49,112 nucleotides of DNA, taken from Terrimicrobiaceae bacterium (GTDB lineage Bacteria > Verrucomicrobiota > Verrucomicrobiia > Chthoniobacterales > Terrimicrobiaceae). Numbering within the stretch: the first letter of the stretch is position 1; each line of letters opens with the position of its first letter. Under the pieces are notes generated by a model. It saw only the letters and a program-made list of their open reading frames with translations. It was not told the DNA's origin and did no database searches. Below are positions 1-8,300 of the stretch, in pieces. The DNA is taken from assembly GCA_041752695.1 (NCBI GenBank), contig JBGSVZ010000037.1, forward strand, positions 1-49,112. Reading direction: 5' to 3'. Both the position numbers and the translations under genes were made by a program.

Positions 1-1
1 G

Positions 2-403
2 GTGGATTTCGGCACCGCGGTCACTTTCGACGTCGTATCGCCCGGCAAAAGCTACATCGGGGGGGTTATCGCCCCGGGTCTTGGAGTGATGACCGAATAC
101 CTCCATCGTCGCACCGCCCTACTTCCTCTCATCGAGCTCCGCCGCCCCCCGCGCGCGGTCGGCAAAAGCACCAGCGAAGCCATGCTCTCCGGCGCCGTCC
201 ACGGTTACCGTGGCCTGGTGAAGGAAATTCTTGAGCAAATCCGCCGCGAACATTTCCCCCGCCGCCGCGCCCGGGTCATCGCCACCGGCGGCGACGCCGA
301 ACTTATCGGTGCCGGATCCACCCTCTTCGATGCCATCGACCCCCGCCTCACTCTCCAGGGTCTTCGCCTGATTGGCGGATTAAATTTCCCGGCGAGGCCC
401 TGA
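2..403 (+). CDS. coaX: Type III pantothenate kinase, 5' end truncated by window edge
   Basis: DFGTAVTFD, GGVIAPG, TALLP, ATGGDA and LTLQGL motifs typical of CoaX. Confidence 0.93.
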   Translation: MDFGTAVTFDVVSPGKSYIGGVIAPGLGVMTEYLHRRTALLPLIELRRPPRAVGKSTSEAMLSGAVHGYRGLVKEILEQIRREHFPRRRARVIATGGDAELIGAGSTLFDAIDPRLTLQGLRLIGGLNFPARP

Positions 404-427
404 AGACGTATCGCACGTATTCCCGCC

Positions 428-892
428 ATGGCCTCCGAAATCGAACGTAAATTTCTCGTCACCGACGAAACCTGGCGTCAAGACGCGGTGGGAACACCCT
501 ACGCCCAAGGATATCTCTCTCTTGACCCGCAGCGGATCGTCCGCATCCGGCGGGCCGGGGAAAAGGCGTTTCTCACGATTAAGGGACTCACGATCGGCGT
601 GACGCGGGCGGAGTTTGAATACCCGATCCCGCTGCCGGACGCCGAAGCGATGTTCGCGCTATGCCTCGGGCCATTGATCGAGAAGACCCGCTACATCGTC
701 CCCTGGGCCGGAAATCGCTGGGAGGTGGACGAGTTCCATGGGGACAACGCCGGCTTGATCATCGCAGAGCTCGAATTGGCCAGCGAAGACGAGTCCTTTG
801 AAAAACCACCCTGGCTGGGTCTCGAGGTCTCGGACGATCTCCGCTACGGGAACTCCCGGCTGGTCGAGCATCCTTTTCGATCCTGGACGTAG
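428..892 (+). CDS. CYTH-domain protein (triphosphatase / class IV adenylate cyclase-like)
   Basis: N-terminal EIERKF (ExExK) motif; QGYL, RIR, EFEY, IEKTR, WEVDEF, AELEL motifs. Confidence 0.93.
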   Translation: MASEIERKFLVTDETWRQDAVGTPYAQGYLSLDPQRIVRIRRAGEKAFLTIKGLTIGVTRAEFEYPIPLPDAEAMFALCLGPLIEKTRYIVPWAGNRWEVDEFHGDNAGLIIAELELASEDESFEKPPWLGLEVSDDLRYGNSRLVEHPFRSWT

Positions 893-898
893 GGCGGC

Positions 899-3076
899 CT
901 ATCGGGTGTGCCGCAGCACAACCACCGAACGGCCCCGCATCTTCGCCGGATTGTTTTTGCCAATGGGATCGCCGCCCGGAGCGCCGTCGGGCTGGGCGGT
1001 GTCGAAGGCCACCGTCCATTCCAAGGCCGCCAGATCTTCGGGGAGGTTGAAGTCCACATCCTCATGATGACTGTTGAGGAGGATGAGAAAATCGTGATCG
1101 TCCACCGGCGTTCCCTCATCGTTGCGAATTTCCGGCGCGGTTCCTCTCAACAGCATCCCCAGGGTGCGCATCCAGCCTCCCTCCTGCCAGTCGGTGTCCT
1201 CCATCGCCCGACCATCGCTGCGCAGCCAGACGACATTTTTTTCCTGCGGGGAAACGGTCGGGTCCGCCTCGTAAAAGCTCCGCCGGTGAAAATTGGGATG
1301 TTTCCGGCGGTAGTGGATGAGCTGGGAAGTAAATTCGAGCAGTCTCCGGCGGTTGTCGTCGAGATCCCAGTCGTGCCAGGAAAGTTCGGTGTCCTGGCAG
1401 TAGCCATTGTTGTTGCCGCTTTGGGAGCGGGAGATTTCGTCCCCCGCGCAGAGCATGGGCACACCTTGGGAGAGGAGAAGGGTGGCGAGCAGGTTGCGTT
1501 TTTGGCGTTCGCGCAATTCGATGATCGCAGGATCGTCCGTCGGACCCTCCGCACCGCAGTTCCAACTCTCGTTGTCGTTGGCACCATCCTTGTTGTCCTC
1601 CCCGTTGGCGTCGTTGTGCTTTTCGTTGTAGGTGACGAGATCGTTGAGAGTGAACCCATCATGGGCCGTGATAAAGTTGATGCTCGCCGAGGGCAGCCGT
1701 CCGGTGTGTTCGTAGAGGTCGGCGCTGCCGGAGAGACGCGTGGCGATTTCGCCATGCATGCCCATGTCGCCCTTCCAATATTTGCGCACGCTGTCGCGGT
1801 ATTTGCCGTTCCATTCGGTCCAGTTGACCGGAAATTTTCCCACCTGATACCCGCCCATACCGAGATCCCAGGGTTCCGCAATGAGCTTTGTGGTGGCCAG
1901 GATGGGATCCTGATAGATGGCGGTGAAAAAGGCCCCGAGCTGATCGACATCGTAGAGGGAGCGGGCCAGCGCGGCGGCGAGGTCAAAGCGAAAACCATCC
2001 ACGTGCATCTCGGTCACCCAATACCGAAGACTGTCCATCACAAGCTTCAGGCTGTGGGGGTGCACCATGTTGAGGGTGTTTCCGCAGCAGGTGAAATCCA
2101 TGTAATGGCGTTCCTTCCCCACCACTGTCCGGTAGTAGGCCTTGTTGTCGATGCCGCGAAAGGAAAGGGTCGGACCGCGTTCGTTGCCTTCCGCGGTGTG
2201 GTTGTAAACCACGTCGAGAATGACCTCGATGCCCGCCTTGTGCAGGGCTTTCACCATTTCCCGGAACTCCCGCACCACATCAGCCGGATGCCCCTTGCTC
2301 GCCGCGTACGTGCGCTGCGGCGCAAAAAAACCGAGCGTGTTGTAACCCCAGTAGTTGTGCAGATTCTTTTCCTGCAAATGCCGGTCATCGGCGAAATATT
2401 GAATCGGCAGTAACTCAATGGCGGTGATGCCCAGCTTGGTCAGGTAGTCGATAATGGGCTGGGAGCCAACCGCCGCGTACGTTCCGCGTATGTCGTCCGG
2501 CACGTCCGGGTGGCGCATGGTGAGGCCTTTCACGTGCGCCTCATAGATCACCGTATTATGCCAGGGTGTGCCGAGAGGTTGGTCATCCTCCCAGTCAAAG
2601 TTGTCGTCCGTCACAATGGCCAGGGGGGCAAAGGCGGCGCTGTCGCGCTCGTCGAAGGAGAGGTCCTCTTTTTCGTGCCCGATGGTGTAGCCATACAGCG
2701 AATCGTCCCACGTGATTTCCCGGCCAATGGCTTTGGCATAGGGATCCAGCACGAGTTTGTTGGGGTTGAAACGAAGTCCCTTTTCCGGCTCGTAAGGTCC
2801 GTACACGCGGTATCCGTAGAGTTGTCCCGGTGTCAGGTCGGAAAGATAGATGTGCCAGACGCCATTTGTTTTTTCCCGCAGCCGCACCCGGCGGGCCTCC
2901 TTGGTGTCCTCTGAGTTGTCAAAGAGGCAAAGTTCGACCATTTCGGCACCCTCAGAAAACAGGGCGAAATTTACCCCCTCGCCATCCCAGGTGGCACCTT
3001 GGGGAAAAGGCGCGCCGGCTTTGTAATTCTCCTCGAGGTTTTCGGCGGGATCCGTGAATTCCAATGTTGCGGTCAT
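899..3076 (-). CDS. glgX: Glycogen debranching enzyme / isoamylase (GH13 with CBM48)
   Basis: GVNFALFS, YEAHVKG, NYWGY, DVVYNH, DGFRFDLA, IAEPWD, FITAHDGF, NNNGYCQD. ATG at 3076 chosen; the ORF is open to GTG 3109. Confidence 0.96.
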   Translation of the reverse strand: MTATLEFTDPAENLEENYKAGAPFPQGATWDGEGVNFALFSEGAEMVELCLFDNSEDTKEARRVRLREKTNGVWHIYLSDLTPGQLYGYRVYGPYEPEKGLRFNPNKLVLDPYAKAIGREITWDDSLYGYTIGHEKEDLSFDERDSAAFAPLAIVTDDNFDWEDDQPLGTPWHNTVIYEAHVKGLTMRHPDVPDDIRGTYAAVGSQPIIDYLTKLGITAIELLPIQYFADDRHLQEKNLHNYWGYNTLGFFAPQRTYAASKGHPADVVREFREMVKALHKAGIEVILDVVYNHTAEGNERGPTLSFRGIDNKAYYRTVVGKERHYMDFTCCGNTLNMVHPHSLKLVMDSLRYWVTEMHVDGFRFDLAAALARSLYDVDQLGAFFTAIYQDPILATTKLIAEPWDLGMGGYQVGKFPVNWTEWNGKYRDSVRKYWKGDMGMHGEIATRLSGSADLYEHTGRLPSASINFITAHDGFTLNDLVTYNEKHNDANGEDNKDGANDNESWNCGAEGPTDDPAIIELRERQKRNLLATLLLSQGVPMLCAGDEISRSQSGNNNGYCQDTELSWHDWDLDDNRRRLLEFTSQLIHYRRKHPNFHRRSFYEADPTVSPQEKNVVWLRSDGRAMEDTDWQEGGWMRTLGMLLRGTAPEIRNDEGTPVDDHDFLILLNSHHEDVDFNLPEDLAALEWTVAFDTAQPDGAPGGDPIGKNNPAKMRGRSVVVLRHTR

Positions 3077-3142
3077 ATTTCGCGCAACTATCGACGGCAA
3101 GGCAGGCACCGGATGTGCGGCCGGTCGAAAAATCCGCGAATT

Positions 3143-3373
3143 TCAGCGGAGGCGTCCGAGATCGAGCTTGCGGACCAAGGTTTTCACGTCGCCGCTGGCG
3201 GTCCGCAAATGCTCCAACAACATTCTGGCCTGTTCCGCTTCCGGGGCGTGACGCTTGTCCAACAAAACCACCAGGGTGTGCGCGGAAAGCAGGCTCCCGA
3301 GCAGGTGCTGACCGAGGCCTTCGTTCAATTCTTCCGCCATCTCCCGCCGGAAAGTCTGCCCATCGTGTGTCAT
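3143..3373 (-). CDS. Small helical protein resembling an isolated HisKA_3 dimerisation domain lacking the phospho-His
   Basis: RREMAEELNEGLGQHL resembles the NarX/UhpB-type H-box RIARELHDGLGQxL. ATG start, co-oriented upstream of glgX. Confidence 0.6.
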   Translation of the reverse strand: MTHDGQTFRREMAEELNEGLGQHLLGSLLSAHTLVVLLDKRHAPEAEQARMLLEHLRTASGDVKTLVRKLDLGRLR

Positions 3374-3483
3374 GCCGGAAAATCGCCGGGCGAGAGCCGC
3401 CTGGTCTTCGGGCCTTCCCTGACAGGATGGTGCGGGATGGCGGCAGAATTGCCTCCGGTAAAGTTGACCCTTATCCTGCCAAG

Positions 3484-3897
3484 ATGCTCCGCTATTCCCT
3501 CACCGCTCCCATTTCTGTCGATGCTTTTCGATCCTTGTTGATTCGCTCAACCCTGGCCGAACGGCGTCCCGTGGACAATCTGGAGTGCCTTGCGGGCATG
3601 CTACACCACGCTGATGTGACGGCCACCTGCTGGGAGGGTGAAACACTGGTTGGGATTGCGCGCTCGGTGACAGATTTTTCCTACTGTTGTTACCTGTCCG
3701 ACCTGGCGGTGGATTCGGAATTTCAGCGGCGGGGCATTGGCAAACAGCTGATCGAACTCACGCAGACGCGACTGGGTCCGCTCTGCAAGATCATCCTGCT
3801 CGCGGCTCCGGGGGCGGAGGACTACTATCCGCACATCGGATTCACCCACCACCCCCAGGCGTGGCTCTTGTCGCCGCGGTTGGAGTTCAGCCTTTAG
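3484..3897 (+). CDS. GNAT family N-acetyltransferase
   Basis: LVGIARSVTD, YLSDLAV, QRRGIGKQL (motif A), YYPHIGF. ATG 3484 in frame with ORF 3064..3897. Confidence 0.92.
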   Translation: MLRYSLTAPISVDAFRSLLIRSTLAERRPVDNLECLAGMLHHADVTATCWEGETLVGIARSVTDFSYCCYLSDLAVDSEFQRRGIGKQLIELTQTRLGPLCKIILLAAPGAEDYYPHIGFTHHPQAWLLSPRLEFSL

Positions 3898-4013
3898 GCT
3901 GGTCTCTTGAGGGTGGGCGGAACCGGGCCCGAACATGCCCATGGAAAAAGCTGTCCACCGTGCCAGGTTTCCGTGAATAAAATGTCCCCGCACTCGTTCA
4001 CCATCTGACCACT

Positions 4014-5345
4014 ATGCGCCGGCTTGCGACTCTTCTCGTTCTCGCGACGGCCTTTTCTTTTCAAGGGGCTGCTGCCGCGACTCTCCGCGAGCAACTGGCT
4101 CTTGCCGAAAAGGCTGAGGACACCCACTCCCGAATCGAACTCCTTCGTCGGATCCTGGAAAAGGAACCGGCGGACGACGGACTGCGCGAGCAGCTTGTGC
4201 GGCTCTGGCTGCAAATCGAGGACTACGACATGGCGGAAGTTTCCCTCAAGGAATGGAAAATCGCCCCCGCCAGCCTCCAGGCCGAAGTGGGGGCGGAGAT
4301 TCTTTTCCGCCGGGATGACAAGGCCCCCGAAGCCATCGCTTTGCTGGAGGCCTACCGGACCACGCAACCTGCCGACATGGCCATCATCCGCCAGCTCGCC
4401 CGCTACTACGGGAGCAGCGCCGAAAATCAAAAACTGGCCGACCTGCTCGACACCGCCCCCGGCGTTGGCGCGGAGCCCGACCTTCTCCTGACGCGCGCAG
4501 GCAGTAAACGTGCGCTGGGAAACTTCGAGGCCGCGCTGGCGGATTTTGCGCTGGTGGAACAAGCCAGCGAGGAAACAGCGAAAGACGCGCGACCTGCCTA
4601 CGACCGCTTGAAGGCGGCGCTTCCCGCCATCCAGGCCGCCAATGCCCGGGTCGCGCAAAACCCGGACGATTTCGCCGCCCTCGTCGCCCGCGCCCAGTTG
4701 CTGGCCTACATTGGCTCGCAGAACGCCCTCATCCGCGCCGACGCCGAACGGGCCTGGAAGGCCGCTCCCCAGTCTGTCGCCGCGCGGTTGCTCTACGCCC
4801 GCGTCGCGCTTTCGAATCTCAAGGCCCGCCAGGAACTTTCCGTGGATCTTTCCGCCGCGGAACCGCCCCCCGCCAACGTCGAACGCCTCCTCAAGCTCGA
4901 CGAGGCCCTCACCAAAAATCCGAACGCCGCCGCCGCCCTGGCCCGGCGCAGTTTCGAACTCAACGACGCGCCCGCCCAGTATGCCCTCGCCCTTCTCGAC
5001 GCCGATGCGGCCCTGGCCATTGATCCCGCCAACGCCCCGGCCCTGGTCGAAAAAATCTTCGCCCTGGTCAAACTCGGCAAGGTGCCCGATGCCGCCGCCA
5101 CCCTCCTGGTTCTGGAGAAATCCACCCCCCCCGCCGACCGGCTGGGCCGTGCCTGCCAGTATCTGGCCGAAGGGGAAATGACCGCCTTCCGGTTTCAGTC
5201 CGCCCTGGACTACGCCAACCGCGGCCTCAAGGCCAAACCCACCGTAAGTCTTTACCAAACGCGCGCGACCATCCTGAACCGCCTTGGTCGCATGGCCGAG
5301 TCTCAAGCTGACCTCGCCAGCGCGAAAAAACTCGAGAAAAAATGA
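4014..5345 (+). CDS. Exported tetratricopeptide-repeat protein
   Basis: Signal peptide; Ala-rich helical repeats (ALAIDPANAPAL, RVAQNPDDFAAL); ATGA overlap with the downstream A2M gene. Confidence 0.85.
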   Translation: MRRLATLLVLATAFSFQGAAAATLREQLALAEKAEDTHSRIELLRRILEKEPADDGLREQLVRLWLQIEDYDMAEVSLKEWKIAPASLQAEVGAEILFRRDDKAPEAIALLEAYRTTQPADMAIIRQLARYYGSSAENQKLADLLDTAPGVGAEPDLLLTRAGSKRALGNFEAALADFALVEQASEETAKDARPAYDRLKAALPAIQAANARVAQNPDDFAALVARAQLLAYIGSQNALIRADAERAWKAAPQSVAARLLYARVALSNLKARQELSVDLSAAEPPPANVERLLKLDEALTKNPNAAAALARRSFELNDAPAQYALALLDADAALAIDPANAPALVEKIFALVKLGKVPDAAATLLVLEKSTPPADRLGRACQYLAEGEMTAFRFQSALDYANRGLKAKPTVSLYQTRATILNRLGRMAESQADLASAKKLEKK

Positions 5346-8300
5346 AACGCGCCCTCTGCCTTCTCCTGGCCTCCACCACCGTCCTGCTGGCCCTGGACGG
5401 TCCGCGCCGTCGTGACGCCGCCCCGGCCTCCTCGGAGCCGATCCAAAATCTACCGAAGTTCCAGGTGCCCGAGGATCCCCGGCCCTTCACCAACAACCCC
5501 GAGGGCGCCGAGATCTCCGTCGAGGGCCTTCAGGAGGAACTGCGTCCCTTCACCACCCTCACGGTGATCTTTCCCACGGAAATGGTGGGGGCGGATAAAA
5601 TTGACGCCCCGGCGGCCGAGTCGCCGATTGTCATCTGGCCGCCCGTCAATGCCGAGTTCACCTGGAGCACGCAGACGCAGGGGTATCTCACTGTCAACGG
5701 ACCGCTGATGCCCGACCAGGTCTATCGGTTTCGTCTGCGCGAAGGACTGGTGGATGCGGCGGGCGTGGCCCTGCCGGTCGATCAATGGGGCGGGGAAATG
5801 GTCACGCCCGTCTTTGCCGTGGTGGAGGAAAACTATGGGGAACGGGATCGCCTCAACGCCCGTCCACAGGTCCCGGTGGAGTTTAACTACCCGGCCCGCC
5901 TGACCGATGCCGCCCAGGGAGTGTGGTTTCAAAACCGCGCCACCCGCGAGCGGTTCCCCGCAGAGATTTTGCTCAATGTCCCCGACGGTGAGACGGAGGT
6001 CAGTGTTGTGGATGCCAGCCTCCCCGCGGACGAAAAAGTCTACGGCTTCCGGGTGCGGCCCCGCGATCCGCTGCCGGTCGGAGCGTTTTACGACATCGTG
6101 GTCGAGAATGTGCGGGATGCCTACGCCGGACGGGGTCTTGCCTATCCGCGGGTCTTTCCGCTTGGTCCCACCAAACCGCTGGAGGTCGAGTATGTCGGCG
6201 CTCGGAACGAGCCGCTGGAGAAGCTCACCATCGACGTGAAATTTAAGCAGATCCTCGGCGAGGCACCGCTGCCCCCGGATGCCGTCACTGTGACCCCGAC
6301 CGTGCCCAACCTCAATCTGCTGAAAGGCGGCCGGTTTCTCACGCTGGAGGGGGATTTTTCCCTCGGCACAAAATACACGGTCACCATCTCGGACAAAATC
6401 ACCGGCGCCAGCGGCTACGGTCTGGCCCAACCCGAGAAATGGGGGGCGACGTTCAAACCCCGCCAGGCGGCCATCCTTTTTCCCAATCAGACGATCCGCG
6501 AACGCTCGGCGCTCGGATTTCGCTTCGGGTTCTATCAGGTCAACACCGGCGCGCTGGAATGGAAACTCGCGCCCGTTCCGTTGGAGAAGCTGCCCGATAT
6601 TTCGAATCGGCTGGAAGAGTTTCGCGGCGAGGCCGAGGACGCGGAAGGCAACACGATCTGGACGGCGGAAGGCAAGATCCAGCAGACCCCGACTGAACTC
6701 CTCATTCCCGCCTTCGGACTCACCCCGGTGGCTTCCGGCACGGTTGACCCCTCGCCGGGCGACGCCGAAACGCTGCGCGATCTGGCGTGGAAACCTGAGA
6801 CCGGCTCACTCGGCGGACCCATGTTGCTCGAGATCACCGGCACCGATGCCAAGGGCCGGATCATCGGCAACCGCGCGCTCATCTTTTTCGGCGAACAGGC
6901 TATCACGCGGAAAGTGACTCCCACCGAAACCATCCTCCGCATTGCCCGGATGACCGACGGCCAACCCGTGCCAGAAGCCGCGGTCAAGGTGCTGGACAAA
7001 AAGCTTCTTCCCCTCGCCACCGGGGTCACCGACGCCCAGGGGCTTGCGGTTTTTGCGCAGGCGGCCATTCCGGGCGCGGAGTATTTTGTCGCCGAGGTGA
7101 ACGGGAATGCCACGCTCCAGCCGGTGGCCATGTCGGACGCGTTCTCCGGAGGATATCTGTCCTCCCGCCCGCCCCCGCCCCTGCGTTCGTATTCCTTCAC
7201 GGACCGACCCCTTTACCGTCCCGGACAGGAAGTGTCCTTCAAAGGCCTGGTTCGTGAGGAATCCGGTGGCAGCCTGAAGATTCCGGCAGGCCAGCCCATC
7301 CGATGGACCATCGAACGCGGCTACGGCAACGAGGTTTTCGCTTCCGGCCAGGGCAAGGTGGACGAAAACGGCGGCTGGCATGGAAAGTGGATGCCTCCGG
7401 CGGAAGGACCGCTCGGGGAGTTTGTCCTCAAGGCCTGGCTCGGCAAGGTTTCTCTCGGGGACTCGGCACGTTTCCGCATCGAGGAGTTCCGCAACCCGCC
7501 CTTCTCGGTGGAATGTGTCGAACAGGACTCCCGCAAGGCGGGCGAAGCGGTCATCAGCGCTTCGTCGCAGTATTTTCACGGCGCACCCAATGCCGGGGCG
7601 ACGGTCACCTGGACGGCAACCTGGGTGGGCGACTCGGACGGCGACTATTACGAAGGCCGCGGGGACGATTCTTTCAAACGTGTGGACCTGTATTCCGAGA
7701 ACCGGAAGCGACCCACGTATCTGGCGGAGGTTTCGGGAGAAACCGCCCTGGATGGCAATGGTCAGGTGACCATTCGCTGCGAGGCTCCGTTCAAGGACGC
7801 GGGCAATCGCGCACGCTCGAACGTAAGCTGGAAGGTGGATGTCACCGGTCCGGATGGCCAGACCATCACCGGTGGCGTGGCGCATGATGTCGACATGGCC
7901 GACGTGCTGCTCGGCGTGAAATCGGTGGACGCCGAAACCCCCGGCCAGCTCGCGTTCGAATGGGATGCGATGGAACCATTTGGCTCCGCGCCGGAGGCGG
8001 TGAAGGCGGAGCTTTTCCACGTGGTCACGAAGTCGGTGAAGGAACGCCTTGCGCCGAACGTCTATCGCTACCGGAATTTTGACCAGTTCGTGCCGCTGGA
8101 AAAACGCGATCGCGTGACCGAAGAAACCCTCACCTTCGCGCCGAAGGAGCCCGGCCGTTACGTGCTGGTGGTCTCTCCGCTCCCCGGCTCGGCCGGCATG
8201 CCCGTCAGTGAGGAAGCGTATCTCAGCGGGGACGAACCCTCCGAGGTCCCCGTGCAAGCTGATACGGCCGCCGCGGTGCTGTCGGTCAATGGAGGCCTCG

